Below, piece after piece: positions 50,016 through 61,457 of a stretch of DNA of 64,000 nucleotides (position 1 is the stretch's first letter; each line of letters begins with the position of its first letter). Where the stretch lies: NCBI GenBank assembly GCA_963665095.1, contig OY762069.1, positions 2,304,001-2,368,000 on the forward strand, written 5' to 3'. Under the pieces are notes generated by a model. It was not told the DNA's origin. It worked only from the letters and a program-made list of their open reading frames with translations, and did not search any database. Origin of the DNA: an uncultured Desulfobacter sp. (GTDB lineage: Bacteria; Desulfobacterota; Desulfobacteria; Desulfobacterales; Desulfobacteraceae). The translations under genes and the position numbers were made by a program.

Positions 50016-50902
50016 TGGGATCTATTTTTGCCTTAGGCTGCGCCTTTTTCTGGGGAAGCTCTGTTATTCTGTTCAAAAAGGCAGGCACTGTTTTTTCACC
50101 TGTTGCGCTCAATATTTACAAAAGCATTGTGGCCATGATCCTGGTCAGTCTGACCATGCTCGTACTTGGGCTGCCCTTTTTCCCCGAGGTGGATGCCAGG
50201 GTCTGGTGGACCCTGGCCCTGTCCGGATTTTCCGGCATCACCCTGGCCGACATGTTTTATTTCATGGCGTTGAACCGTCTGGGTGCCGGTATGGTGGCTG
50301 TGGTGGAGTGTCTTTACCTGCCCTGCGTCCTGTTTTTTTCGTTTATCTTTCTTGGTGAACATTTAGGCACCCAAGGCATCATCGGCAGTATTATGGTTCT
50401 GTCAGCCATCCTTGTGGGTTCGCTTCCTTTGCAGGGGTTGAAAGCCGGTGCTGAAAACAAAGGCGCAACAAGTCCTTTGGGGATTATCACCGGTGTCCTT
50501 GCCATGGTGTTTCTGGCCCTGGGCATTGTCATTGCCAAAGAGGTTCTTGACCAGGCGGAGGTCTTCTGGGCGACCCTTGTCAGGGTCACGGCCGGTTGCG
50601 CCGGTCTGATTCCCATAGTGCTGCTTCACCCGAAACGAAAAAAATATATCGGGGAGCTGAAATTTTCAAAGACCTGGCTCCTGGCTTTCCCGGCATCTGT
50701 AAGCGGGAACTATATTGCACTTGTACTGTGGGTGGCAGGCATGAAATACACCACTGCCTCGCGGGCCGCCGTGTTAAACCAGTTGTCCGTAATTTTTATC
50801 TTTATCATGGCAACGGTCCTGCTTAAGGAGAAGATGACAGCCCAGCGACTGGCAGCCATTCTCATTGCTGTGGCAGGCGCGTATCTTGTCATCTTCAATT
50901 AA
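50015..50902 (+). CDS. DMT/EamA family transporter
   Basis: About 10 TM helices in two repeats; FLGEHL and LLKEKM. Confidence 0.88.
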   Translation: MGSIFALGCAFFWGSSVILFKKAGTVFSPVALNIYKSIVAMILVSLTMLVLGLPFFPEVDARVWWTLALSGFSGITLADMFYFMALNRLGAGMVAVVECLYLPCVLFFSFIFLGEHLGTQGIIGSIMVLSAILVGSLPLQGLKAGAENKGATSPLGIITGVLAMVFLALGIVIAKEVLDQAEVFWATLVRVTAGCAGLIPIVLLHPKRKKYIGELKFSKTWLLAFPASVSGNYIALVLWVAGMKYTTASRAAVLNQLSVIFIFIMATVLLKEKMTAQRLAAILIAVAGAYLVIFN

Positions 50903-51050
50903 AAGAAGACCGCTGCCCAAACAGTTCCCAAAGAATTATATTGAAAAAATAAAAACAGCAGTGTAAACGTTATCTCCAAACAATTTAAGTCCATAATGAA
51001 TGCTGTAGCTGCTTATTCCACTGAAACTTTTTACATTTCGTTCAGAATAT

Positions 51051-52337
51051 ATGCTTATAAATAAACCGCCTTTAAGTTTTATAACCAATTGGAAATCAAA
51101 TGCCACTGTCCATGATTTATGGTTTTATTTTCTGGCCAAGATTTTTCCCGGAATAGTTACGTTTGTCTTCCTGGCAGCTGCGGTCAAGACAATGACCAAT
51201 TCAGGTTATGGTCATTGGGCTTACATCATGTCATGCATTGTGTTTGCCTCGACTTTATGCTTCGGATGGATTACCCAGTCAATTTTATGTTTTTACAGCG
51301 GCACCAGCCATATATACAACAGGGCGTTAATGTATAAACTGCTCGGGCCGTCAATGATTACCGGGATGGCGATCTTTCTTGCGGCAATGATATTTCGCCG
51401 CACAGATGCACTGTTTCCCAATACAATTTTCCTGATGATGACCGCCTGTGCCATTGTGGCCGGAGAGGGGTGCTTTATGGTTATAATCGCCATGCTCCGT
51501 GCAGGCAGGCATTCCCGCCTTTTTTTCATCATATCGAGTCTGAAGGCATTTTTAACCTTAAGCCTGGCAATAGCCGGCAGCTGGGTTTCAGGAATCCAGC
51601 TTGCTTTGGTATTCTACTGTATTGGTTTGTTTATCGCTTTGGCCGTCTCCTTTGGTTACATCCGCCAGGTGTTTACTTTTAATGAGGAAAGCCCTGCTGC
51701 ATCCGGCACAAAAATGTTCCGGTTTGGCATATCCTTGTCTGTCTGGTTGGGCCTGTCTGCGTTGCTGCCTCTTCTTGACCGAAGTTTTCTCATGCATTTT
51801 CTGGGCGCAGAGAATACAGGCGTTTATTCCGCACTCTATGAGTTTACCATAAGAAGCTTCAGTGTCATCTTGTTTCCGGTGACACTGACAGTCCATCCGA
51901 TCATCATGGGAGCCTACAACAATAAGCAGAAACAGAAAGCGATAAATTACACACTGATGTCTCTGGCTTTTATGGCAACAGTGGCAGCATGCTACCTTCT
52001 GGTTTTATATTATATTTTCCCGTATCTGATGCACTATCTTAACGTCAAAGATATAGTGTCAGGGCGTCAGACAGGCATGCTGCTGGGAATAGGGGGAAGT
52101 TTCTGGCAGCTGGCGTTAATCGCGCACAAGCCACTGGAAATGATTCAGAAAACAGGGGTAATGATTAAAATTATGTTATTGGCCCTGGCTTTACATTTCA
52201 GCATATTATTAATGCTGATAAAGCCATTGGGAATTATCAGCCCCGCTGTTGCATATTGCAGCTCCGGTTTCCTTTATCTGGTATGCTGTCTGATCTTCAG
52301 CCACAAACTATTGAAAGCCCGGTCTAATAAAGCATAA
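51051..52337 (+). CDS. Wzx-like polysaccharide flippase / MOP family membrane protein
   Basis: Many TM helices; SGYGHW, LDRSFLMHFLGAENTGVYS. Confidence 0.7.
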   Translation: MLINKPPLSFITNWKSNATVHDLWFYFLAKIFPGIVTFVFLAAAVKTMTNSGYGHWAYIMSCIVFASTLCFGWITQSILCFYSGTSHIYNRALMYKLLGPSMITGMAIFLAAMIFRRTDALFPNTIFLMMTACAIVAGEGCFMVIIAMLRAGRHSRLFFIISSLKAFLTLSLAIAGSWVSGIQLALVFYCIGLFIALAVSFGYIRQVFTFNEESPAASGTKMFRFGISLSVWLGLSALLPLLDRSFLMHFLGAENTGVYSALYEFTIRSFSVILFPVTLTVHPIIMGAYNNKQKQKAINYTLMSLAFMATVAACYLLVLYYIFPYLMHYLNVKDIVSGRQTGMLLGIGGSFWQLALIAHKPLEMIQKTGVMIKIMLLALALHFSILLMLIKPLGIISPAVAYCSSGFLYLVCCLIFSHKLLKARSNKA

Positions 52338-52424
52338 ACCGCAAGAATATATCCAGCTGAGAATATTTTTTGTTCACGCCTGTCTGCTGCCAGATACATA
52401 GCGCACAGGAAGGAAAATTTGTTG

Positions 52425-52699
52425 CCACCCACTTCAGGGGGGGATACCGCCCGGATCAGCTTGCGGTTCACATCAAACACATCAGCCAGATATTTGTAAT
52501 GAATCCGGTCATCCCCATTGACAGCGGCAAGGATCCATGGGCCGTCCTTGATTTGAAAGACAACGGTTTTAATCAGATTGACAGTGAGGTGGGGCACGAT
52601 GGCATAGGCCTGGGCCACTGTCACCACCGGGTCATGATAATGGAGCTTAAAATCAACCCCGCTATGGTTTAGTATGGAATGGACTTTCTGAAATACCAT
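52425..52699 (-). pseudogene. 3'-truncated YbaK/ProX family aminoacyl-tRNA deacylase
   Basis: LIKTVVF, LAAVNGDDRI, IRAVSPPEV, then similarity is lost; the GGxxP motif is missing and the ORF runs into the convergent gene. Confidence 0.6.
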
Positions 52700-53045
52700 T
52701 TTTATTTGAGGACAACGCTGTACATCCAGCTGAAACAGGCCCCTGGCTCCTTGATTGAATAGTGTTCCAGTCCCATAACACCCCTTTGGACTTGCGCTAC
52801 AAGTTTCTCCTTTTCCTTGACATTTCCTGGTTCCAACGCCAAATAAATAAGCATCTTTATCTGAAAACAGGCAATTTTAAAAAGGATTAAAACAAATTGC
52901 CCTGGGTTGTTGCATTACGTGGATTATCACAAATGCGGTTGATGCAAATTACCCAACCAAGGATCAAATGACGGATCAAACGGATATGCCTGTCACAGCC
53001 GGAATATACCTTTTTCAACCTATATACCTGTATGGAAGAGATAAA

Positions 53046-53912
53046 ATGAAATATCTGAAAATATTTTTTTTATTTTCTTTGTTCACTGCTATCTGCTGCC
53101 AGGCCAATGACGCACAGGCGGACCGGCATATATCCATCCGGACCGACGTCCCCTATCTGGATGACGGCCATTTGCTGCATTGTTTGGATATATACTCTCC
53201 CGGCCAAACCACAAACCCATTGACAACGCTTTTCCATATTCACGGGGGCGGCTGGAAAATGGGCGATAAAAAGTTAATGGAAAAGACGGGCAGGTTTTAC
53301 GCATCCCGGAACGTTTTGTTCATTACGCCCAATTACCGCCTGACCCCTGAAGTGATGCACCCGGGCCATATTGAAGACTGTGCAGCGGCGCTGGCATGGG
53401 TGTTTGCCCATACCAAAAAGCTGGAGGCAGACCCTTCCCGGATTTTTATATCCGGACATTCAGCAGGCGCTCATTTAGCAGCGCTTTTGGGAACAGATCA
53501 TCAGTATCTGCAAAAAAACCATATATTGCCGGACAGTATTGCAGGCGTTATCTGCATTGATACGGCCAGTTTCAATCTTTTGGCAGCCAGCAATGGAATA
53601 TTTGTAAAAAAGCTGATTAACAATGCGTTTGGCAGCACTATTCCTGTGTTAGAAGGAGCATCCCCTTTTTATCAGGTCCAAAATAAACATTTTTATCCCG
53701 GATTTCTTATCCTGAATACAACCGATAGAAAAAATGCTGCCAGGCAAGGCCGTCTCTTTGCGGAAAAACTAACTGCAGCAGGAAGTTCTGCACGGTTTGT
53801 TCCTGTGGACAATCATACACACAGCGAAATGGCCCAGGGTATGTATGATATTTCAGATCCTGTGGCAAAAGCCATCCTGCAGTTTCTTTTTCAAGCCACG
53901 GATATAAAATAA
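53046..53912 (+). CDS. Exported alpha/beta hydrolase (HSL-like esterase)
   Basis: Signal peptide MKYLKIFF, HGGGW, NYRL, GHSAG. Confidence 0.88.
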   Translation: MKYLKIFFLFSLFTAICCQANDAQADRHISIRTDVPYLDDGHLLHCLDIYSPGQTTNPLTTLFHIHGGGWKMGDKKLMEKTGRFYASRNVLFITPNYRLTPEVMHPGHIEDCAAALAWVFAHTKKLEADPSRIFISGHSAGAHLAALLGTDHQYLQKNHILPDSIAGVICIDTASFNLLAASNGIFVKKLINNAFGSTIPVLEGASPFYQVQNKHFYPGFLILNTTDRKNAARQGRLFAEKLTAAGSSARFVPVDNHTHSEMAQGMYDISDPVAKAILQFLFQATDIK

Positions 53913-53957
53913 ACAAAAAACAGGGTGCCCCGCAATGAGGACGCCCTGTTTTTGTTT
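53911..53957. terminator. Bidirectional terminator
   Basis: AAACAAAAAACAGGGTG...CGCCCTGTTTTTGTTT between convergent genes. Confidence 0.75.
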
Positions 53958-53995
53958 ATCAGAAGTTTTCTTTAAAACTGGCTTGCGGTCTTTAT

Positions 53996-55417
53996 CTAAT
54001 ATGCAAATTTTTCCCTGAAAAAAGGAACCAGTTCATCTATTTTCATGCGCTGCTGATCCATGGAATCCCTCTCCCGGATGGTAACGGCATTGTCGTCAAG
54101 GGATTCATAATCAAAGGTAACGCAATAGGGGGTACCGGCTTCATCCTGGCGGCGGTAGCGTTTGCCGATACTGCCCTGGACATCAAAATCCATATTCAGT
54201 CCCAGTTGTTTTACCAGGGTATTAAATACATTTTCAGCGCCGTCAGCAATTTTCTTGGCCAGAGGCAGCACCGCAATTTTCACCGGGGCCAGCTGGTTGT
54301 GCAAATGCAGGACCACACGGGTATCGCCTTCCTTGATCTCCTCCTCTTCATAGGCATCGCACAGGAAGACCAGCGCAGAACGCTGAACCCCGAGAGACGG
54401 CTCAATGACAAAGGGGATATATTTTTCCTTGGCTGCCTCGTCAAAATACTGCAGATCCTTGGAGGAGTGTTCCATATGCTGTTTGAGATCGTAGTTGGTC
54501 CGGGAAGCAATGCCGCACAACTCCCCCCAGCCGAACGGATATTGGTATTCAATATCAGCAGTGGCATTGGAGTAGTGGGACAGCTCTGCCTTGTCATGGT
54601 CACGGAACCTCAAATTATCCGGGTTGACACCTAAACCAAGATACCACTCCATGCAGAAATGCTTCCAGAAATCATGGATCTCAAGTTCGGTACCGGGTTT
54701 GCAGAAATACTCAATTTCCATCTGCTCAAACTCCCGGGTCCTGAACACAAAATTACCCGGAGTGATCTCGTTTCTAAAGGCTTTCCCGATCTGGGCAATG
54801 CCAAAAGGCACCTTTTTGCGGGAGGTGGTCTGGATATTCTTAAAGTTGACAAAAATACCCTGGGCCGTTTCAGGCCGCAGATAGATATCTTTTCCTTCGC
54901 CCTCCACAACCCCCTGCTGGGTCTTAAACATCAGGTTAAAGGCCTTGGGCAGGGTCCAGTCCAGTCCGCCGCACTGGGGACAGGTAATATTTTTGGTATT
55001 AATGAAATCCAGCATGTCCTGGGGCGGGGTTTTTTCCCCAGCCCAGTTGGCAGGCTGCTCATCAGAGGCGTTTTCATGCTGCCAGTTTTCCACCAGCTTG
55101 TCAGCCCGTTCCCGGGATTTACATTTTTTACAGTCCATCAGGGGATCGGAAAAACTGCCCACATGGCCCGAGGCTTCCCAGGTAGAGGGATTCATGAGAA
55201 TAGCCGCATCCAGGCCCACCATGTCAGTCCGTTCGATAACAAATTTTTTCCACCAGGCATCTTTCAGGTTTTTAAGCAGCTCCACACCCAGAGGGCCGAA
55301 ATCCCAGGCATTGGCAAGTCCGCCGTAAATTTCAGATCCCGGGTATACAAATCCCCTGCGTTTGGAAAGCCCGACAACTTTGTCCATCAATGTTGCTTCT
55401 TTTTTCGGTTTCGCCAT
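53996..55417 (-). CDS. glyQS: Glycine--tRNA ligase, alpha2 type
   Basis: [47 protein letters not shown]. Confidence 0.97.
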   Translation of the reverse strand: MAKPKKEATLMDKVVGLSKRRGFVYPGSEIYGGLANAWDFGPLGVELLKNLKDAWWKKFVIERTDMVGLDAAILMNPSTWEASGHVGSFSDPLMDCKKCKSRERADKLVENWQHENASDEQPANWAGEKTPPQDMLDFINTKNITCPQCGGLDWTLPKAFNLMFKTQQGVVEGEGKDIYLRPETAQGIFVNFKNIQTTSRKKVPFGIAQIGKAFRNEITPGNFVFRTREFEQMEIEYFCKPGTELEIHDFWKHFCMEWYLGLGVNPDNLRFRDHDKAELSHYSNATADIEYQYPFGWGELCGIASRTNYDLKQHMEHSSKDLQYFDEAAKEKYIPFVIEPSLGVQRSALVFLCDAYEEEEIKEGDTRVVLHLHNQLAPVKIAVLPLAKKIADGAENVFNTLVKQLGLNMDFDVQGSIGKRYRRQDEAGTPYCVTFDYESLDDNAVTIRERDSMDQQRMKIDELVPFFREKFAY

Positions 55418-55721
55418 TTTTTTACTCCATGTTCCAGGACCGCCCGGATGGTGTCCGGGGCCAACCCTTTAAATAGTATCAATAATTTTACATTAGCTGA
55501 TTTTTTACTTAAAAAGATATTGAATATACATGATTTTTATATTTTGCTGAACCATTTTTTTCAAGTGTGACTGCCGGATGTACCCGGAATTTTTAAAAAC
55601 CGTGGCCCCGGAACTGGAATTTTGACGTTATCCCTGTCAGACAGACTTGAAAACCCGCAGGAAAAGCTTAGCTTATAACTCCGTAACGTGGAACGAATTT
55701 TAATTTTAAAGGAGATCGCCC

Positions 55722-56420
55722 TTGCTGACACAGACCATTACATTCCCGGCAGCCTTTGCCGCAGGCCTTTTATCTTTTCTGTCGCCCTGTGTGCTGCCGC
55801 TGATCCCGGCCTATTTCAGTTTTATCACAGGGCTCTCCCTGGACGAGCTTACGGCGGATAACCGTGCAGTGCGCAGAAAAGTCATCCTCTCCACCCTGGC
55901 CTATGTGGCAGGTTTCTCTTCCATCTTTATCCTGCTTGGGGCCTCTGCCTCATTTATCGGCGGGCTGGCTTCGCAGTACTCCTGGGCCCTGCGGTATGTG
56001 GGCGGCGGTATCATTCTGGTGTTCGGGCTGCATCTGCTCGGGATAATCAACATCAAAGGGTTCCAGTTTGAGCGGCGGTTTCATGTCAAGGAGACGCCCT
56101 TTCACCTGTTTGGGACCTTTCTTATCGGCATGGCCTTTGGCGCGGGCTGGAGCCCCTGCATCGGCCCCATGCTGGGCAGTATTCTCATTGTGGCCGGAAG
56201 CCAGGATACCGTGCTGAAAGGCGTGCTTCTGCTGGCCACCTATTCTGCCGGCATGGCGCTCCCCTTTATTCTGATATCCATTTTTATCAATTCCATGCTC
56301 TCCTTTATGAAAAAGGCCAGGCGGGTCATGGGCATTATCAATAAGTGTGCAGGCGGCCTTCTTATTGCCATCGGCCTTTTACTCATCTTTGATAAATTCC
56401 GGATGCTTGCGGCTTTCTAA
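55722..56420 (+). CDS. ccdA: Cytochrome c biogenesis CcdA / DsbD-like membrane protein
   Basis: FLSPCVLPL and WSPCIGP; AAGGAG RBS. Confidence 0.9.
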   Translation: MLTQTITFPAAFAAGLLSFLSPCVLPLIPAYFSFITGLSLDELTADNRAVRRKVILSTLAYVAGFSSIFILLGASASFIGGLASQYSWALRYVGGGIILVFGLHLLGIINIKGFQFERRFHVKETPFHLFGTFLIGMAFGAGWSPCIGPMLGSILIVAGSQDTVLKGVLLLATYSAGMALPFILISIFINSMLSFMKKARRVMGIINKCAGGLLIAIGLLLIFDKFRMLAAF

Positions 56421-56466
56421 CCAAGCTTGGCCATTACCCTTTTAATACATTTTCGGATCAAGCATT

Positions 56467-57684
56467 GTGACAACACGTCCGCACGCATTTAACACCTTTA
56501 TCGGGGTGGCCACTGCCAGTAAACTGCTGGTGAATACAGCCCGTCGCATGGTATATCCCTTTGCCCCGGCCTTTGCCCGGGCCCTTGGGGTGCCGCTGAC
56601 CGCCATCACCTCTTTGATTGCGCTGAACCAGGCCACGGCCGTACTTGGTCCTTTAGGGGCCATGTTCGCCGACCGCTACGGGTACAAACCAGTCCTGCTT
56701 CTATCTGTTTTTTTATGTTTTATCGGATGTGCCATGGCCGGCATTTTCCCTGTATACGCTGTACTTATGGTCGGGCTGTTTCTGGCCGGTCTTGCCAAAA
56801 GCCTGTTTGACCCCAGCCTGCAGGCCCTGATCGGAGACCAGGTCCCCTACAGGCAGAGGGGAAAGTTCATCGGTATTACGGAGACCTCATGGGCAGGCGC
56901 CACCCTTTTAACCATCCCTGCCGCAGGGCTGCTCATGGCGCATTTTTCATGGCAGGTCCCGTTCAGAATTATTGCGGTACTCACCCTGGTCTGTTTTTTT
57001 CTGCTGGTTAAACTGATCCCGGGACCTGCCCCAGGAACCCGACACAGCGGCCCGGCAGACACAGCCCTGTCACCGCCCCCCACTGCCGGTTCGCACCGGG
57101 TGAACTGGAAAGCCCTTATCCGGGAAAAAAAAGTGGCAGCACTTCTGGCCTTTGCCTTTTTCATGTCCCTGGGCAATGACAATCTGTTTGTGGTGTACGG
57201 GGCCTGGCTTGAATCCGCCTGCGGGCTTTCGCTTGCCAGCATTGGCCTGAGCACCATCCTCATTGGCGTGGCCGAACTCCTTGCCGAAGGGGGCAGTGCA
57301 CTTTTTTCCGACCGCATGGGCCTTAAACGCGCCGTGACCATAGGCACGGCATTCACAGCCCTGACCTATCTTTTATTACCCTTCACCGCCCTGGATACAA
57401 AATTTATCCTGGCCGGACTTTTTACCCTGTTTTTCTTTTTTGAATTCACCATTGTCACCTCCATGGGCCTTGGCACGGAATTGATACCTGAATCCCGGGC
57501 AACCACCATGGCAGCCTTTTATGCGGTGGGCGGCCTTGGCAGGATCATCGGGGCCTTTTCAGGCGGACTGATCTGGTCCGGCTTCGGCATCAAAGGCATC
57601 TGTCTGGTATCCGGCGTCTGTTCTGTGCTGGCGCTGGCTGCTCTGATTACAGGTATTGGCGGGAAAAAACCCAAAATATCGTAA
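56467..57684 (+). CDS. MFS transporter
   Basis: About 12 TM helices; ADRYGYK and SDRMGLKR motifs. Confidence 0.88.
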   Translation: MTTRPHAFNTFIGVATASKLLVNTARRMVYPFAPAFARALGVPLTAITSLIALNQATAVLGPLGAMFADRYGYKPVLLLSVFLCFIGCAMAGIFPVYAVLMVGLFLAGLAKSLFDPSLQALIGDQVPYRQRGKFIGITETSWAGATLLTIPAAGLLMAHFSWQVPFRIIAVLTLVCFFLLVKLIPGPAPGTRHSGPADTALSPPPTAGSHRVNWKALIREKKVAALLAFAFFMSLGNDNLFVVYGAWLESACGLSLASIGLSTILIGVAELLAEGGSALFSDRMGLKRAVTIGTAFTALTYLLLPFTALDTKFILAGLFTLFFFFEFTIVTSMGLGTELIPESRATTMAAFYAVGGLGRIIGAFSGGLIWSGFGIKGICLVSGVCSVLALAALITGIGGKKPKIS

Positions 57685-57872
57685 GACACGCCTGACCCCT
57701 GCCAACACAATAAAAGCTTTGACAAACTTTTTTTGTTATTACATATTGACACGGACATAATCATTTTTAGTCTTAGGTATGTACCATAACTGATAAAATG
57801 CCATGCTCTGGAATTGGTTGTTCATGACAGACTGGCTGCAGAAAATAAAAACAGTCATTATGAGGATAAAAA

Positions 57873-58073
57873 ATGGAGAAGCACCTGAAAGTTGAAGGCA
57901 TGTCCTGCAAGCATTGTGTGAACCGGGTTAAAAAATATCTGGAAACCGTTGGTTCGGATGTATCCGTGGATCTGGAAGGCAAAAAGGCGGTATTTAATGC
58001 CGGAGATGACCTGAATATAGATACGGTCATTAAAGACATTTCCGAATTCGGCTTTACCGTAACAGAGCTTTAG
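57873..58073 (+). CDS. copZ: Copper chaperone (HMA domain)
   Basis: VEGMSCKHC; directly upstream of a P1B ATPase. Confidence 0.88.
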   Translation: MEKHLKVEGMSCKHCVNRVKKYLETVGSDVSVDLEGKKAVFNAGDDLNIDTVIKDISEFGFTVTEL

Positions 58074-58122
58074 AACTGTTTATAACCGGTATCTGCACCT
58101 TATTAACTGTGAGTTTACACCT

Positions 58123-60597
58123 ATGACAACCGCCTGCGAAATAGAGGTATACGGCATGATGTGCATGCACTGTGAAAATGCCGTAAAAAAAGCACTGGAA
58201 AAATTTGACGGGGTCAGTGATGTGGCGGCCTCCTTTGAACAGAACAGGGTAACCCTGGCACTGGCCGACGGATCGTCTATCCTGGAAGATCTCAAGGCCG
58301 CCATTGTGGAGGAGGGCTATTTTCTGACCCCGGAAGCGGCCGCAGCAGATGCCCGGGCGGATGACACGGCCCCCCAGGAGTCCCGGACAGATGATGCCAA
58401 ATCCCTTTGCAACATCAGTTTTTCAATCCAGGGCATGCACTGCGCCAATTGCGCCCTGGCCATTGAAAAGGCCTTTGCCCGAACCGACGGGGTGTCAGAT
58501 ACCACCATCAACCTGCCCCTTGAAAAGGGATTTGTCGCCTATGATCCTGAGATTCTGGATGAACAGAAGGTGCTGGATGTGGTGAAAAATGCAGGATACA
58601 GCGCTGCTTTAGAAACAGACCAGGACCCGGCTGCCGGCAGCAGCGAAAAATTCAGGTTCCTGTTTGCCCTGTGTGTCACGGTGCCCATGATGGCAATTAT
58701 GCATTTCTCCCCTTTCAGTGCTGCGACAACCAATATAATCTTAGGAATTATGGCCACTGCCGTCATGATTGTTTCAGGCAGGACCTTTTTTGAAGGGGCT
58801 TATTACTCCTTGAAAAACCGCCTGGCCAACATGGATGTGCTCATCAGTTTAGGGGTGTCTGCGGCCTATTTTTACAGCCTGTTCTCCCTGATTTTTCTTG
58901 ACCCTTCCCAGATGCTCTTTTTTGACAGTTCCGCCATGCTGATCACCTTTATCATGATCGGAAAAATGCTCGAAGCCCAGGCCAAGGGTAAAACCAGCCA
59001 GGCATTAAAAACCCTTCTGGCGCTTAATGCAGATACAGCCCGGGTGATCTCAAACGGCCAGGAGAATGCTGTGGATGTGGCCCTGGTACAACCGGGCGAC
59101 AGGGTACGGGTACTGGCCGGAGAAAAAATTCCTGTGGACGGCAAGGTGATGGAGGGTGACACTTCTGTGGATGAATCCATGCTCACAGGGGAGTCCTTTC
59201 CGGTTGCAAAATCCGTGGGCGGCACCGTGACCGGGGCCACCATCAACCTGTCAGCCCCCATCATCATCACCACCACAGCCACGGGCGCTGATACGGTACT
59301 TGCCGGTATTATCAAACTGGTGGAGGATGCCCAGGCAGATAAAGCCCCCATCCAGCGGGTGGCAGATACCGCCTCCAATATATTTGTGCCTGTGGTAACA
59401 GCCGTATCTCTGATCACCTTTGCCATCTGGTATCTGGGCGCCCCTTCAGTGATTCCACAGGCATCATCCCCGTTTCTGTTTGCCTTTGAACGGATGATTG
59501 CCGTGCTGGTCATTGCCTGCCCCTGCGCCCTGGGCCTTGCTACGCCCACAGCCATCATGGTGGGGTCCGGCCTTGGGCTTAAACGGGGAATTTTATTCAA
59601 AAAGGCCTCTGCCCTGGAAAATATATCCCGGCTGGATATGATATTATTTGATAAAACAGGGACACTGACAACGGGAAAGCCCTCAGTTACCGATGTCTGC
59701 CCTAGCGCCGGTGTCACAGAAGAGACGCTTTTGTCCCTGGCTGCCAGTGCGGAAAACAACTCCTCCCATCCCCTGGCACCGGCAGTGCTTGAGGCGGCAA
59801 ATGCCAAAAACATTCATCCTGAATCCACCACCGTGCCAAAGGAGATCCCGGGCCATGGTATAGAGTGCACCTTTAACAATATGCAGCTTAAGGCCGGCAA
59901 CCTGAAACTGATGGCAGAAGACGCAATGCCCGATGATCTGCACAAAAAGGCAAATGCCCTGGCTAAAGAGGGTAAAAGCCTGGTATTCGTCAGTCTGGAT
60001 CACCAGATTAAAGGGGTGGTGGCCCTGGCAGACAGGGTGAAATCCGAAGCAAAAGAGACCATTGAACGTCTGCATGCCGCGGGCATTAAAACAGCCCTGG
60101 TATCCGGGGATAACCGGACAGCGGCACAGTGGGCTGCCAGCCAGGTCGGCATAACGCAAGTAGAGGCCCAGGTGCTGCCGGAAGACAAGATCAACCAGGT
60201 AAAAAAATGGCAGGCTAAGGGATTGAAAGTGGCCATGGTGGGAGACGGCATCAATGATGCCCCGGCCCTGGCCCAGGCAGATATCGGCATCGCCATCGGC
60301 TCGGGTACGGATGTGGCAAAGGAGACCTGCGAAGTGGTGCTGGTAAAAAATAATTTAAAGGATGTGGACCGGGCGGTTCGACTGGGCCGCAAAACCCTAT
60401 CGACCATAAAGCGTAACTTTTTCTGGGCTTTTTTCTACAACATCCTGATGATTCCTGTGGCAGCCGGTGCGCTCTATCCGGCCTTGGGAATGACACTGAC
60501 CCCGGAAGCAGCCAGTATTGCCATGTGGTTTTCATCCCTGTCTGTTGTGGGCAACTCTCTTCTGCTCAACCGGTTTGCCAGGCATCTGGATACTTAG
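58123..60597 (+). CDS. copA: Cu(I)-translocating P1B-type ATPase
   Basis: Two CxxC HMA domains, TGES, CPC, DKTGT, GDGIND, YN. Confidence 0.95.
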   Translation: MTTACEIEVYGMMCMHCENAVKKALEKFDGVSDVAASFEQNRVTLALADGSSILEDLKAAIVEEGYFLTPEAAAADARADDTAPQESRTDDAKSLCNISFSIQGMHCANCALAIEKAFARTDGVSDTTINLPLEKGFVAYDPEILDEQKVLDVVKNAGYSAALETDQDPAAGSSEKFRFLFALCVTVPMMAIMHFSPFSAATTNIILGIMATAVMIVSGRTFFEGAYYSLKNRLANMDVLISLGVSAAYFYSLFSLIFLDPSQMLFFDSSAMLITFIMIGKMLEAQAKGKTSQALKTLLALNADTARVISNGQENAVDVALVQPGDRVRVLAGEKIPVDGKVMEGDTSVDESMLTGESFPVAKSVGGTVTGATINLSAPIIITTTATGADTVLAGIIKLVEDAQADKAPIQRVADTASNIFVPVVTAVSLITFAIWYLGAPSVIPQASSPFLFAFERMIAVLVIACPCALGLATPTAIMVGSGLGLKRGILFKKASALENISRLDMILFDKTGTLTTGKPSVTDVCPSAGVTEETLLSLAASAENNSSHPLAPAVLEAANAKNIHPESTTVPKEIPGHGIECTFNNMQLKAGNLKLMAEDAMPDDLHKKANALAKEGKSLVFVSLDHQIKGVVALADRVKSEAKETIERLHAAGIKTALVSGDNRTAAQWAASQVGITQVEAQVLPEDKINQVKKWQAKGLKVAMVGDGINDAPALAQADIGIAIGSGTDVAKETCEVVLVKNNLKDVDRAVRLGRKTLSTIKRNFFWAFFYNILMIPVAAGALYPALGMTLTPEAASIAMWFSSLSVVGNSLLLNRFARHLDT

Positions 60598-60758
60598 GAC
60601 CGCAAATTTTATAAAGCGACCAAAATTACTTGTTCTTTGACTCATCTACTGCGTTGCATAAAAGGCCAAATAGCTCTACTATTGAACCTTTTATGCGCCT
60701 TGTATATGAGCCAAAGCCCGGCGCAATTTTGCTCACTTTATTTCATCTGAGGTCCTTA
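60595..60758. repeat. Long palindromic miniature element (ERIC/MITE-like)
   Basis: Nested IRs AGGACC/GGTCCT, ATAAAG/CTTTAT, CAAAATT/AATTTTG, CTTTG/CAAAG, GCATAAAAGG/CCTTTTATGC; minus strand carries CAAGGCGCA...GCAACGCA. Confidence 0.75.
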
Positions 60759-60893
60759 AGGGGCATGGGCTTAAACCAAAAAACAGACACACTGGGATCT
60801 GCCTTTTCCCGTTAATACCCTGCGGGCTGGTAACATGGAAAAATCCATTCAATTCTCTTATGGCTGCCGGATTGACCTGGTCTGATTCCAGAA

Positions 60894-61457
60894 TTAACGG
60901 CTGAGAATAAAGACCTGCCCGTATTCTGGCCGAAACTCCAGAAGTCGGCTGAAAGATATGCCTGCCCACAGACAGGCCATCAAACGAATGACACCACTGT
61001 GGGTGATTACCAGCACAGGGCCGGACAAACTACTGGGGGCCTTGGTGAAAAGAGTTTCAAAAAAGGGCATCACCCGCGTTTTCACGTCCTCAAAGCTTTC
61101 GCCCCCGGGGGGATGAAACCGATAAATATCTTTGCCCCGCTGGTCAAAGGCATCAGGGAATCGCTGTTTCACCAGATCAAAGCTCAAGTTCTCCCACGCG
61201 CCCAAATGAATTTCATTCAGGCGTTCATCTGCAATAACAGCCCGGGCGGGGCAGCAATGGTCTGCTGTCTGGTGGGTGCGCAACAGCCCGGACACATAAA
61301 TGCGTTCAAATCCGATGTCATCAAATACCGGTTTCCAGCTTTCGGCCTGGACAATGCCTTCGGGATTGAGGGACAGATCGGACTGTCCGATAAAGCGTTT
61401 ATCGCCTTTCCCAAGAATCCGGCCATGGCGCATCAGGCAGACTTTCAGCCCGTCATT
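60894..61457 (-). CDS. Histidine phosphatase (CobC/GpmB-like); start uncertain
   Basis: MRHG, RTHQTA, EIHLGAWE, PGGES, THSGVIR. Confidence 0.8.
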   Translation of the reverse strand, partial: NDGLKVCLMRHGRILGKGDKRFIGQSDLSLNPEGIVQAESWKPVFDDIGFERIYVSGLLRTHQTADHCCPARAVIADERLNEIHLGAWENLSFDLVKQRFPDAFDQRGKDIYRFHPPGGESFEDVKTRVMPFFETLFTKAPSSLSGPVLVITHSGVIRLMACLWAGISFSRLLEFRPEYGQVFILSR

